A DNA stretch of 55,883 nucleotides, filler included, from Platydemus manokwari (taxonomy: Eukaryota): assembly GCA_037951405.1 (NCBI GenBank). It is 4 parts of 4 records of this genome, joined end to end, with 100 filler letters (N's around TTAATTAATTAA, not from the genome) between each part and the next. Parts side by side here need not be neighbours in the genome. Positions count along the whole stretch, not along the records: positions 24,954 to 38,252 come from JBBMOY011766952.1; positions 38,353 to 55,883 come from JBBMOY011011080.1; 2 more parts are not named here. One strand, written 5' to 3'. Below, in pieces: positions 24,954 through 39,009 of this stretch. Under the pieces are notes generated by a model. It saw nothing but the letters and a program-made list of their open reading frames with translations. It searched no databases and was not told where the DNA came from. Made by a program: the position numbers and the translations under genes. Position 1 is the first letter of the stretch, and each line of letters opens with the position of its first letter.

Positions 24954-26499
24954 CAGCTTTGATCCACAAGTAAAACTAATATAGAGACTGATAATACAAA
25001 TAAAATAAGTGCAACCCCAAAACACATCAAAACGATAAGGTGTTATCTAACTTAATTTCTTTTCCTTCATCAGTTACAATTTTAGCTACTATTCCGGTTA
25101 ATGCTATTAAATTGTATGTTATCTTATTATTATATGGACTCCATGAAATTCCTACTATTTCTTTCTTAGCTTTTGGTGCTTTGAACTTCCATTCATTTTT
25201 ACTTGGTTTCGTTTCCTTTATCATTGTTCTTGTATGACCTATGACTTTGATTGTCGTTAGTTTGCTACTTGTTAACTGTATCAATATCAAGAAATTAACT
25301 CTCCATTCTTGACCTATTGACTCTTCCCATTTTCCTATTACTGTTATTTCTTCTAATTTTTCCTTTTTACATTTCTCAGCATTTCCTTGATGAAATTTTC
25401 CTACAAATTTTATCCTATTTGTTTTATTTTTTACCCATACTTTTTTAAATCTCTAAGTTTCCTCCAATTACACTGCTGCTGACAATTTATTATTGCCCTA
25501 TTGTTATGAAATATGGCAAGATGAATTCTTTTTTTATTTTGCATGTTGATTCCGTGGTTTCTTTCATGGCACTAATTGTTGTCGTACTGATTTTAACTGG
25601 TGATGAAATTTCGTTAATTATTACAGAATTGTTGAACTTATTAGTTTCATCAAAACATTTAACTGGTCTTATCATCAAACTAATTATAAGAGAAAACATT
25701 ATTATCTTTCCTATTATATTGATTGATTTTATTTTACTTTCTTGCTTATCTTCATTTCTTCTTATGGTGTTGATATTTAGAGCATATTTTTGGATATTTC
25801 GCTAAAATGCGAATATCAATAAAATAAAACTAAAATATATTGCTACATTGCGAGTATCAAAACAGTTGCTTCAAGCATAGTAACTTTTAATGAATAATTT
25901 ATCAGCATCAGGCGCTGATAAATGTTACATTTCATTTTTCAAAACTAATTATAAAAAGTTAATACTTTTATACATTTAAAATTATTAATACTTTTATACA
26001 TTTATAATCATAATATTGTTATTGTTAAGTGTTATTGATTGAAAACCCCAACATAGTTATGAGATTGAGATTTTTGCCTTGGTTAATTGAAACTCGAATT
26101 TTGATTCACAGTTGTCGCCTTAATGTAGAAAGCCTAGAGCCAATTTCAAATCTATATTTTGTTCTCGTTGTTGATTGTTTTGAGTCCATGGACTATTAAT
26201 TGAATTATGTATTTATATGCAATTTATTTGACTCCACATCTACCACATTTTGTTTAGTTATTTATCAATTTCATTATTCTTTATTATAATTTATTTTATT
26301 TATTATAATTATCATTAAAAATATTTTTAATTATAATAATGTTATTTATTATTATTAATAAGTGTACCTATAAAACGCTTTTAAGCTTTTAATTAAATTA
26401 TAATAGGAGATTATCAATTATCAAGCTTTAAAGAACAATTTTAATTGGTGTGTTATTGCATTTCTATGTCTCTTTTTCGATCCATCGAACTTCCCAATA

Positions 26500-26660
26500 A
26501 GCTTTTCAAAATGGTCATGACATAATTACTCCACCCAATTACCATGACATTTTTATTCTTTACGAAAAATGGAAACAAACAAATTTTTGAATTATTTATT
26601 CTTGTGCCTGTGTTTTGGAAATGTTATTAATGAAAGATTTCGCCTTCAAATCACCGGCAT
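26500..26660 (-). mobile_element. Possible THAP zinc-finger remnant (P-element-type transposon relic)
   Basis: The minus strand gives RNLSLITFPKH followed, after breaks, by LCHDHFEK. This is the FP...C..HF order of THAP domains, but it is heavily decayed. Confidence 0.25.
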
Positions 26661-29600
26661 CTTATTTAAAAATTAATTATAATATATTTTATATTATTTA
26701 TAGAAATATTTTCAAGGATTTCCTGACGTATATTCTACCACCTACTTAAATTTCTATCAACAGCGTTAAACAATAACTTCTCTCTGATTATTATTATTAT
26801 TATCTTTTGTCCAGCGAACTGTTCGCGATATCATAATAAAATTAACAGAACAATCGATTCTACCGAAATTTTTTTCTAAATTTTATTCAGCCCGTCTCGA
26901 CATAAATGTGATATTTTATGATTTTTTCTATGTTTATTAATTTCCAAATATTTCCCATTTCTTTTCTATAGTGTATTTTTATTCATCCCTATTTATGGAG
27001 GAGACTGGAAGGAATTTTTCTGTCTGATTTCATAGATCGGCCCTCTCATTCGTGGATATTATTCTTCCCAGTTTCAAGTGAATTTATGAGGAAATAATCA
27101 CTGCTAACGATGATGTTTAGTCTGGTTTTTTGTGTGTTGAGTCACCAAATATTTACCATATTGTAACCTTTGTCTTCTTAAAATAATATCGCCCATATTG
27201 ATTGCCTTTCTCCAAGGATATCGTTAAAATTTTCTGCTGAGAGATATTTTGTAATTATATTAATTGATTGATTCATTCAATCGCAGAATTAGAAGCTTTA
27301 ATATTAATCGTGTTTAGAATGTCATTTGATAATGCAATTCGCATTTTTACAGTTTTTTTTTTCAATGTTGTCGAAATTTTCAATGGGAAACCTTATCGGT
27401 TTGCTGAAATTTCATATTGCTCCAACTCAATTCATTTCAATGTAGAATATTGTGTACAAATATTTCTAATGTCACGTTTTGCAATTTAAATACTAACCTT
27501 ATTCGAAATTCTAATATTCACAGAAAATTGGCAGTGTAGTCTGTAATTGACCTATATATGTTACCAGAGTAACAACGTAGATAGCTATAAATGTCTTTTT
27601 TCTAAAGCTGATATTATTTATATTATTACTTTTATTGTTATTATTAATATTGTTATTTTAATCATCGATATAATTTTAATTAAATTATTATTATTATTAT
27701 TATTATTTAATTTATAATATGAAAATCAAGAATTACAAACAACGGTAAAGAAAAAATATGTAATCAAATTGTATAAAATATTTGAATAATAATTTAATTT
27801 AGTGACTTGTTTTGCAAATGACAAACCAATTTCTACTGAGAAGTTTTATTTGGTTTTTGGTTTGCTCTTTTTATAGAAATGGTTCACAAGCTGAACAACG
27901 GTATCTGGTAATTGATGCAGTCTGCTTTATTTTTTCATTACTCATTCTTGTCGAAATGTGGTTCTGTTTGAGATTGTGTTGATATCAACCACTTCTAAAA
28001 CGGTTATAGAAACACATTTAATAGAATAATTACCAGTTCGATCATTTACAAATGATATTGGCTGGCATTTGATTTTTAATCGTAATAATAAGAATGAGAA
28101 GAATGATAATAAAGTAGAAAATTACATATTAAAGTAGATTGCGTCCAATACTTATATAATTGTCGTATAACTTCATTTATTATCCGGGTGTTCTTTAAAT
28201 TACATCTCGATCGATATTGTAAATGAATGGTATCCTAATATTCATGATGATGTAAATTCCTAGTGAAAACATAAAAATGTCTATAATAATAAAATTCTGT
28301 TGGGCCCTTGTTGGATAATGTAATCGATTGTGGCGATTTGTTCAGACGATTTACTATCCTAATTCAGTTTGTTTTTCATGGTCTAAATATTTGTAGTGTT
28401 GAATAAATGAAGCTTTTACCGGAGATTTATTAATGGAAATGAATCATCTGATCAAATGTTGAGAGAACCAAAAAAATATTTTCAATTCTTCACAACCAGG
28501 GGAGGCAAAAGATATAAAAAATATAAAATAAAGAATCATTTTATCATTGTTCCAGGGGCATATCACCCACATGTCAGTAATTTTGGGATTGAAAAATGTC
28601 TGGATTGAAATATGGAAGAAATTAATTCAGATTTTTACATCCAACAAAATATTTATAATATTGTGTGTGACAACAGATCTTTCAATAAAAATATAATATC
28701 TCTTAGGACCAGAATGAGCTCACTAAACTGTATGATGAGTGCTTTTTTTAAGCTTTTGAAGATTTTACAACTACTTTCCATTTGGATGAAAATCAATACA
28801 TTTTTCTCAGTGTATGGAGAATCTCTTATTCTATTTTTATCCTTTGTCTTAAACTCGCAGTATATTACTCAAAATTAAATACAAAAACATATATTGAGAA
28901 AGCGCAGCAGTGGCATGTGCTCTTAAAATTAAATGTAAAAAAAACTAAAAAATTAATTGTTTGAAGTAATATTTATTGTACTAATTATTTATCTAGAATT
29001 TTCATTTCAAAGACAAAAATATAATCAATAAAATGTGGTTTAAGATAGAAGATAAATATTATCAATGTGAAAGGATAATTAACAATGATTGAGATCAGTT
29101 GAAACAACAATAAAATCACAGTGAATATCCAAAGAATAAAACATATAATACCCGGCAAAGTTTAGAACCTAAGATAAATACAAGAGAGAAATGTTAAAGA
29201 TTTTCTTCGTTAAAACTCAATCAAATGACTAACTACAATCGATTGCAGCTTAATTTAACTTCCCAATCATTCAACTAATCTAAATAGCTTGTGACCCTTG
29301 TAGATTTATTCCACTTTCTTACTAATTTATTATAAATTAAATTTTCTGAAGGGTTTAAAATATGCTCTCCAGCTTATTATGCCTTTTGTTGATTATGAAG
29401 TTTTCAATTAAAATCATGTTTATTTATTTACTTCCAATGCCGAAACGTGCCTATTTATCTGGGAAACCACTTTTGTATTTATGCGCAATTCAATAAGTAT
29501 TAGAAGACAACGCTAAACGAACACCTGGATCTACACTTGTTAAACATATTTTAATGAAATCATAATAGTTTTTCCAGAATTTTATTTAAACGTTATTTTG

Positions 29601-32600
29601 TATTTTCTATTAAAAACTAAAATAACTTAAAATTAAGCTTTGTTAAGTTCTTTATTTTGGATTCAGATAGCTTCTATAGTCATACGTTCAATAATTAAAT
29701 CAATTTCATTGTCTTAGGTTTAATTTAAACTGCCACTTTTAGACATCTTTTGTCGTCATTTTTCAAAGCACGTAGTACCAAAACAATTTTCCCCAAATTT
29801 TCAAAAAAACACGAATTTATTATCGCTATTATTAAAACAAAAAGAGAAAGTTATTCAATTAAAATTCCTTTTGTATTTAGTTTATTTTTATATTTATTTA
29901 TCAAAAATCTTTATTGTTTTTATTACTTTTTAATTCGTTTTGATAACATTTGACATAATTTAAGATGTAGATTATAAATCTTTTTTAATATAATTATCCA
30001 TTTATTTTAAGATGATTGAGTTTTTGAAATTCGAGTTTTAAACTATATATTATAAATTTAAAAGTGCTCAAAAAGTAAATGATAAATCGACAAACTTCCA
30101 TATCATAAAAGATGCGTATTCGATATTATTAAATTTCAATGGTTTTGAATTCTTCATTTATGATTTGATAATGCTTTTAAGTATCACTTAACCAGAGGTA
30201 TTGGAGTTTGGAAGTCAGGTACTAAAGTCTCATTGATAAACTTATAAAGAGATTTTAAAATCAAAGGTTCCGTTTGCATCATTTTATATTCATCATTTTT
30301 AAATGGGTATTTAAGTCGATTAGTATATTTAATATGATATGTTCACTCTCAAAATGAAATCCTTTGGAACATAATGAAATATTTCAGGGAAATTTTATAT
30401 CTAGTGTATTAATTATTATGCATATCAAGCTGAAATCTATTCTAATAATCACAAAAATAAAGTCTTTAAAATATTAATGAAAACCGTGGGATACTTTTGA
30501 GTCAAACGACTTGAAATAGAATCATTTTCTTATTGATTCTTATATTAATACATAATTGATATTTTATCTTACCAAATTATTCCCCATGCTTCCGTTAGTT
30601 GTTTGTAAATATAAAAAAATAAATATTAAACTAGTTACATTCATTTTTATATTTGAAATATTATTTCAAATTTTTATCAAGCAGGAAAAATTCATTCCTG
30701 TTTTTTTTTCTTTTCGCTTTACATTCACTATGCATTTTTTAGAAAGAAACTTTTCACCAAGAAATATATTTGGGAAAAAATGTTTGAAAATTGTTTAGAC
30801 AAGAAAATTAATCTTTAAAATCCGTCAATACAATATGATATCAAATTGAATATTGCAAGAAATTCATAGGAGGAGACAATTATTTAGTCAATACAATTTT
30901 TCAATTACAATATGAAGCCAAAATATTCTCCGTGAAACATTTTTTATTACTATTTGGAACTTGGAATAATTTTATCGACATAAATTCAATGAGTTCACTT
31001 AACAAAATCATCTAAACAAACCAAAAAAAGAAGAAATCAATGACAATGACGTCATTCAAAATTTATCAAAATGCAATTTGGCGCATGAAAATACAGTGAA
31101 AACTTATTATGAATTCGATATTCTCGATTTTTTTTAATTATTTGCTTACAAATTTCCATTCTGTTGGTGAAAATGCTGTTAGAATTGGAATCATTCCACT
31201 GTGCATTTTTGAGATGAGATTTCTATACAAGTTATAATTGTTACACATTCACATTATGCGTGGTTAAAAAAATCAACTCGTTAAAGTGCGGGTCTGCAAC
31301 ATTGCTTAACCTTATCGTAAAATCTGCGTTGACTCAGTTGAGCTGATTTAAGGCGATATATGGCTTTAACCTTATTATACATGTCGAAAGATCCAATTGA
31401 CAAACCTATCCTTGATTCAGTTTAACATTGACCATGGGCCAATTAATGGATAAATCAATGATTCTACACTGAATTAATAAAATAATCGTTCCATTATTAT
31501 TAATGCAATTTTGTATTCAATGTAAATTTAATTTGGGTTTTTGGGGTTTTTTTTATATTTTTTTCTCACAAATCATCTCTCCTTGGATTTGCTATTTTTT
31601 CCTCTCGACATGGTTTTTAATTAAATTAAGAATAAATCAACTTAAATTTTTTTATCATTATATATTAGTGTGCAGAAAACAGTCCATTAGATATGTTCAT
31701 TGCAAACAGTTTATTATTTGACCAAGGTCACAGAAATAGTCTAATATTAGAAGATGCTTGTTTTAACTTGCCAGGACAACTTTACATTTCATTATCAGTA
31801 TCCACGTGGTTAAGTGAAACGAGAGTTGGTGTGCAATACGTATTACTCATATCATCTGCTGTAGTATGGATGATTTTTTTTTATTATTGGATTGAACAAA
31901 GCTGACTGTTCTAAAAGAAAGATATGACGCATAAGCATCATCAGACATTGTCATCTAGGCAAGTCATGCGCTGCAGTTCGTCAAAACAATTACAGAAATT
32001 TTGATGCATATTAGAGTTATATCTAGGCTGAACAATTTTGAAAAATATTTTTTCAAAATCTAAAAATTCCATTGTTTGAGATTTTTTAGTCATAACCTTT
32101 GTGAGTTTTTTTCGCCAATAATCTCTAAAATTTTTAAATACAGCTCTAATAAAAAACTAGTTTCAACCCAGATAAATTATTCGTGGAGAACAAACTCTGG
32201 AATACTAAACTACTCGCAAACATTGATTTATTAGAGGTTAATTTTTACACAGTCTAAGCACCCATTTTGTATTCTTTAACATGTGGTATTTAATTACAAT
32301 TGTCTTTGTTTAAGTATTTGAGATCTGCGAAACAAAATTAATGACTAATGTCATGTAACTAGTCATATGGATAAAAATAGTAACAATCCACTTCTGCGAA
32401 TTAACGAGAAATCATGTGATATACGAAGCAGTAACCAATAGTTTCAGAGAAAGGAACTAAATTATTTTCTATGAATGCCAGTCTAAAACTTGCATCACCA
32501 GACAAAGAAAAATCGATAATTTATTAAAGGAAATAAAATGTGTTAACAGTTTTAAGCGAACAAGTAACCTGATATTGATTATAAAAACAATTGTTATTAT

Positions 32601-34485
32601 CACGAAATTCGTGTCCATGACTATGTTGTTCAAAATATTGTAATATCGCTGCCATTCATACAAGTTCTGACATGATTAGAATAATACTGCCTACACTGTC
32701 ATTTCATACTGCTACATGTGACAACGTGCAACTGCTAATATTGTTCAAAAACTCCATTACTGGTGTGCATCATATAACGATGACACATCATGCATTAATG
32801 CTAACATAAACTTGTAAGCCACTTTAACAACTGAGATATAAGTTCAATGTAAATATTATTTACTAATCTTTGCTAATTATATAATGTAATTAAAATAAAA
32901 GTAAGATAAACTCATTTATTTAAATAAAATAATTGCTACAACAATAATTCAAATAATAGGGCTAAAAAATCAATTACAAAACTTGAACCAGCGGTGCAAC
33001 ATGGATATTAAATTATCATTTGAAAACATGTCAGTAAATGCTCCTGAAGCAAGTAATATTTAATGTTATTATTTGAACAACAAACAGGAACAAATTTTAA
33101 CATTACTCTATTAAATTCAACATTCACATTACAGCTGGTTAATTTATCTTACGGTAGTTTGGCCAAATAACAATACATTTAACAGAATAAGTTCAAACTA
33201 CCTACGGAAACAGTTACTTATCAAAACTGAAAATGTACAAAAATATTAGAAAAATAAAAACTGCCAATAATAACAACAAAAGTTACATACATCATAATAA
33301 ATTTTCAAACACTAAATCCGCACATTTGTTTTTCACCGTAAAATAAAGATTGCCTTCATTTTCAAAGCCAAATATCGTGTCATCAAGCTTAAATAGAAAT
33401 AATCTGCAATTTGCATTGAATTATCTAGATAAATAGAATTAACCATTTTTCAACTGCTGATTGCCCGAAAACTCAACAGCAAACCTCTATTTACATACAG
33501 GCCACACAACGGCCGCTTTCATTACAAGTCGGCCAACTCAAAGTTTTCTGGTGCTAAAATACCAGCACAAACAATACATGATACTGCTGCAGTGAAGGAT
33601 AACATGGATAATGGAATCAGAAAATATTTTGTGACATCTAACAACATGAATTTGATAAAAAGAGTTCACGCGGCAAAGAAATCAACTAAATCAAAGCGCA
33701 AAGACTTGTTCAGTCGCATAAAATTTCCAATCAAACTTTGCCTGGTAAAATAAGCAAACATAAACAATAATAACTTTAAAAAACGCATCCAACTGTACAG
33801 AAATAATAATCATATATAATATATAATTGCAAAAGCACCAACACTTGCACATTATCAATTAATTGTAATAAATATTAATACGCAAGAATATTATAATAAT
33901 AGTGATCATCATACAATATATATATAGATGGATATTGTTTAATGCTAATATATACCGAAGCTGATTGAAAAGGAAAAAGCACACGAAATGACAGGGTAAA
34001 TGCAGACGGATATCATCAAAAATCATACTCGCATACATAACAATAATAAAAAATCACAAACCAAAATGATACTCAATAACTCAGAATAAAAACAGTTCGA
34101 CAGAAAAACGTAATACAACTCTTGTAATTCCATCACCTTGACAAAACTGTGAATAATAATAATAATATTAATAATAATAATTATTAGATAAAATAGAGCT
34201 CAGATTCAAAGGAAAAATACCGAATTCATTGATAATAACTCTCATATTGGGATGGGGGGATGGTGTTGGGACAAAAAAGCTGATCGAATATATAAATGAA
34301 TAATAAACCAATCGAGACATCTAGATGGTGATGATCAAAAACAATCGTAACGATAATCATTTTCGAAAAAGTAAACATGATGACAAAAAGAACAGACAGA
34401 AAAGAATAATAGGACAAGTACATCAATATATTTCTATAAATTATGACCTCTATTTGTTATATTTCTTCTCTATTAAAAATTCTCT

Positions 34486-36823
34486 TTATAAATCTTCTCT
34501 ATCGTCACTGTTGCTAGCAGCGGAGTTCCGTTTACGGCCATCTCCAATTGTGCCAAACATGGATTCGGGTGGAACTGAGCGATGGTGATTCTGTCTCAAA
34601 TGGATTGATTGCTGCTGCTGCTGCTGTTGTTGTTGTTGCTGATCGTTATCGATTTTCGACGAGATCCAAGATGATGATTCCAAACTCGATTCATTGCAAT
34701 TCTTCCACAAATATTTCACATTGCCATACCGAGTATCATCAGCATAGTTGTGATTATTCGTAGAACTATTTGAGTAGAACACTGGTTTCGACCACGAATC
34801 GATATTATTGGAGGATTGATTGTTACAATTAGGCGGTGATTCACTGTGTTCAAGAACATAGTTGTCAGACATGTACAAATGGCTGCTGTCGCGATTTGAT
34901 GAGGGATAAACATTGGGATAATACGATTCGAAGAAGGCGCTATCATTACTGGTGTAATATTGGTGTCCTCTGACATGCGAATCTGACATGGACGGCTGCA
35001 TATTTGAGTATTGTGGTGGATAAAATGTTGGAGTATCTTTACAACCATTCAGTCGGCGAACTTGGCTATCGGAAGGGTAAAACTCATTGATATTACGGTT
35101 CCAGTTGTCTTCTGGAAGGAGTTTGTATGGTGTGGTATGAACAGAATGGAAGCCAGATGATGACTGCTTGTTGTCAAGAATGGACATGGAGAACGGTGGA
35201 GACATGCCAGTGCTGGTAGATGGAGGCAAAACGAGGTTGTCGAGATTTGCACCTTCGGTTGAACTTGTTGATGGAGTGATTTTCGCTTTCGAAGACCGTA
35301 ATATTCTATCAATGATTTCCTTGGCGTCACCATCGTCCATACGAGAAACTTCGGGCCAAATCCATTCAGGGGTGCAAGTATTGGGTGTACAATTTCCCTC
35401 ATCGCTAGATGGCGTTGAATTACGTGGTTGTTGATCCCAGACTCGCATCACCAAATGTGCAATCAATTGTTTGGCTCGATGGATCTGCAACCAAGCTGTC
35501 TCTTCACTGTTCACCGTGCCATTCTCGTAAACCGATATTTCAAAATCAGCGGTATCACTTGGAGCTCGCAACTCATCCTTTGGGGGACTTTTGATTTCCG
35601 TTCCAGTTTCCTTTTGAACTGTGGTAATGATCGATCCTTGTGTGCCAATAACTTTGCCAACCAATCGTTGCGGTACACCGATAGTTGCTGTTGCTAATGG
35701 GGTTCGATTCCCAAGCATTGGGGGACTCCGAGGGCGTTCACCCATCAAGCCTCCGATATTACCCAATTTGTTTCGTGTGATTTGATCTGCCAACTGTTGG
35801 ATGATGTGACCAACCTTGATTGCAATGTCTGGTACGGCTTCGATGAGGAAAACGTGGTCTTCTTTCTCATTAGGTGTGGCAATTAAAGCTCCAGTTGTTT
35901 GACGAATCATTTTGATTTTTTTCCCTACAAAATCATAAAAATATAATTTACCAACTTATATTACTTATAAAATTTATTATTTGATGAAAAATGTTAATAA
36001 AAATCACAATCAAACCTTCTTTTCCAACGATTTCAGAAACGTGTTCCTTGCTTGGAACCCTGACACCAAGAACCAAATACTGCTTCTGCGTCGAATGGGA
36101 ACCAGAACTGCCATGTTTATGCTTGAAAAAATTCGAAATCCTACTACTGTTGCTGTTTTTCATGGTCGCTGATCGATTAAGCACTTCATCTAAATCTTGA
36201 CCGACAAGAAATCCCATTTTCGATGCCATAGATTGATATTCAATTAATTCCACTGGGCTCTGTCTATTATATGAATTGGTGATTTGATTAGTGGAATTAG
36301 ACGTATTGGAATTGTTAGGAAACAACTGCATAATAGGGGCATTTCCACGCATCATGTCGATATCTCGACTGAGCCGATTTGATAATGGTAAAGGGGTGTT
36401 TGATGTGGATTGTGAAAAATGTCTTGGGGTTACGCGACTATCAAACGGTGAATTGTGAGCACTATTGGATCGACTTAAATTAGTATTCGATTTGATACCC
36501 ATCGATTGCAATCTGGATGTTAAGATGTTGAAATCAAAATCCTTGTTTGAATTGTGATCAATCTGAGACACATTAAAATCATTTGAAATGGAATTATTAT
36601 TGGAATGGAGTGAGTTGTCAACTTCACTAATAGAATACATCTTAGAATCTTGATTTAAACTTGGTATATAATGATTTTGATTATAAAATTGATTATACAT
36701 TTCTGGTTTGGGAATATAATTGTCATGATATCCAATATTCGAAGTAAAATCATTCATTGGGTTATCTGATAAATTGAATCGAAGGCCTTGATTTGGTGTT
36801 TGGTTGAACGAAGCACTTAACAT
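34486..36823 (-). CDS. mex3: MEX3-family RNA-binding protein, 748 aa, two KH domains, no RING finger
   Basis: Exon 1 is 36823-36016, a 91-nt GT-AG intron follows, and exon 2 is 35924-34486. The join restores KH1 VRVPSKEHVSEIVGKEGKKIKMIRQTTGALIATP (cf. MEX-3 [22 protein letters not shown]). KH2 is IGVPQRLVGKVIGTQGSIITTVQKETGTEIKSP. Both flanks are N/S-rich low-complexity sequence. Confidence 0.85.
34609..34641 (-). repeat. CAG/CAA repeat encoding Q11 in the MEX3 C-terminus
   Basis: DQQQQQQQQQQQS in the 474-aa ORF. Confidence 0.9.
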
Positions 36824-36874
36824 CGGATGTATACAAACTACTTTGTCTAAAATTAAATAACAAATATCATCGAT

Positions 36875-37017
36875 TTTTTATATAAAATGCACATTATAAG
36901 TATTTTAAACTGTGATAACGAACAGCCAATGAAATTCAAGGTAGCCATTACATTACAACTTTCTATTGGCCAATAGACACAAGGCCAATTGTGAATGAAT
37001 TTGTATAACATGAGTCA
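36875..37017 (-). promoter_or_regulatory. Candidate mex3 proximal promoter (TATA, clustered CCAAT boxes, AP-1-like site)
   Basis: Minus-strand TATATAAAAA at 36884-36875; AGCCAAT near 36925; palindromic ATTGGCCAAT at 36965-36974; GGCCAAT near 36983; TGAGTCA at 37011-37017. Confidence 0.5.
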
Positions 37018-38252
37018 GGTAAGTTAATCTATCATTAGTGTTAACACTTGTGTGTAAATAATATCCAATAATAAGGGTATACGCAACAAAGAAAATAAAT
37101 AAAAGTTATGAGTAATACCTTTGTTCAAATAAATTTATAGAAAAATCACCTCGATCAAAAAGTGAATTATAAAACAAAATATTTTAAATAACGTGATTGT
37201 AACCGTAAAATTTATTAACACGAACCAAAAAAGGTTACAAAAACGATTTTGAATTTAATAAAAGAATATACAATGAAAGTCAAACTTCATGTTACAAATG
37301 TTAATAATTATATTTCAATAATATTCAATTATTACACATCATGTTAAATAGATTAATATAATCAAATGAAATGGTTAATCAAATTTTGATAATCATTATA
37401 TTAAGTCAAATATTACAAAATTAATCGTTAATAATAACTGTTAAATGGTTAAATAAATGAACAATTGAAAACGCATTCCAGCACTGAAATTTTAAAACAT
37501 TTAAACAAATATGAACGTGTTTATTTAAACATTCAAAATTATAGAGAAACTAATGAAATTCAAAAGTTCAGAATTTTTAATGTCTTGGAAAATTAAGGTG
37601 CAGATATTTTCTTTATTATTTATATAAAATTTAATTATGATAATTATACCATTAATATTAATCATAAAAACACATACTAATTTTATTATACAAGTCCAAG
37701 TTTTCAGATAATATTTTCAAGGAAAGCAATATATAATTTGATTTTGTATAAAATAATAAAGTTAATTTTAAATTATATGCAGGTACATTTGACAGATAAC
37801 AAAGAAAGTGAATAATGAAAATCCCAATTGGCTAGATTTTTCTCTACTAACATCAGTTCGACCAATAATTTGTGGGTTAAATGCACACTAATGTTTCGAT
37901 GAAGTACAATTCATAAAATAAGTTAAGTATATAATTATAATGTAAAATTAAATTCAAGATATTGCACACCGAATAGATGATTGCGATAAAATAAACTTCA
38001 ACCATCTTGTTTGGAGTACTCTTAAATTTTAAACGTCAAATGACAATTGTTTATATAACATAATTTCCAAGAAAGATTATTATCAGATTGTTGGTGTGCA
38101 TTGTTATCTCATGCGTTTATTTTAAGAAATTTTTTGAAAATAAAACTCCTTTGAAATATCAAGAATATAATAGAGATATTGTATCTTAATGTTAATGAAT
38201 CTTCAATATATAATGAAAATGAAAAGTTAAGTGCGACAAGCAACATTTGAGA

Positions 38253-38352
38253 NNNNNNNNNNNNNNNNNNNNNNNNNNNNNNNNNNNNNNNNNNNNTTAA
38301 TTAATTAANNNNNNNNNNNNNNNNNNNNNNNNNNNNNNNNNNNNNNNNNNNN
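38253..38352. other. Artificial assembly spacer N44-TTAATTAATTAA-N44
   Basis: Identical to the other spacers. Confidence 0.97.
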
Positions 38353-39009
38353 TGATTTTGATGAAATTCGCATTGTGAATAACTTATTTCATGTTTGATT
38401 GAAAAATATTTTATAGCGATTTGTAATTTTAGATATTTGTAGGTTTTTCTTTAATTTATTTTAATTTATAAGGGGCTTCAACAACGGGTATGAAGACCTC
38501 GTTATTGGCAAATTAATTACTATCTCTATCTGATGGTTTTTTAGTGGAGTAAATGTAATGAATACCCTAATCTAATCAAAATTGGCAGTGATGAGAATTG
38601 GTTGACGATACTGAAATGCAAAATTTACAAGTTAACTATTTCGCTCAGCCAAATATTATATAAAACCATCTACTCTATTATATAAGCTAACAGCTTCCAA
38701 TCAATCAGATATTATTCGTGCTATATGCGCTGATTTATATATTATCGTATTGAACTGAGTTTTAAAAGACAATTTTGAAAAATATAAACGGAACACAATC
38801 GAAATATTAAACACAAAAGAATAAGCAAATGGCCGGCACGTTGCCTCAGCAAGTAGCCAGCAGAATCCGAAGGGGCCGGAGAAAAGATCCGTTAGATGGA
38901 GAAAAACTTTGGCAGATAATTACCAAAATTCACGTGACAGTACAATTATAAAAGGGTGAAATAATAGGATTAATACAATGATTCTTGATGGTTAAAGCTT
39001 TAAAGTTAT

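Noticed and set aside
27860-28300. Faint resemblance to a Rho/Ras-type GTPase pseudogene (..KTVIET.., ..IVNEWYPNI..)
   Set aside because: No intact G1, G3 or G4 motif; too decayed to support without a BLASTX hit.
34226-36200. Cluster of overlapping ORFs on both strands
   Set aside because: These are alternative-frame and antisense by-products of the GC-richer mex3 coding region.
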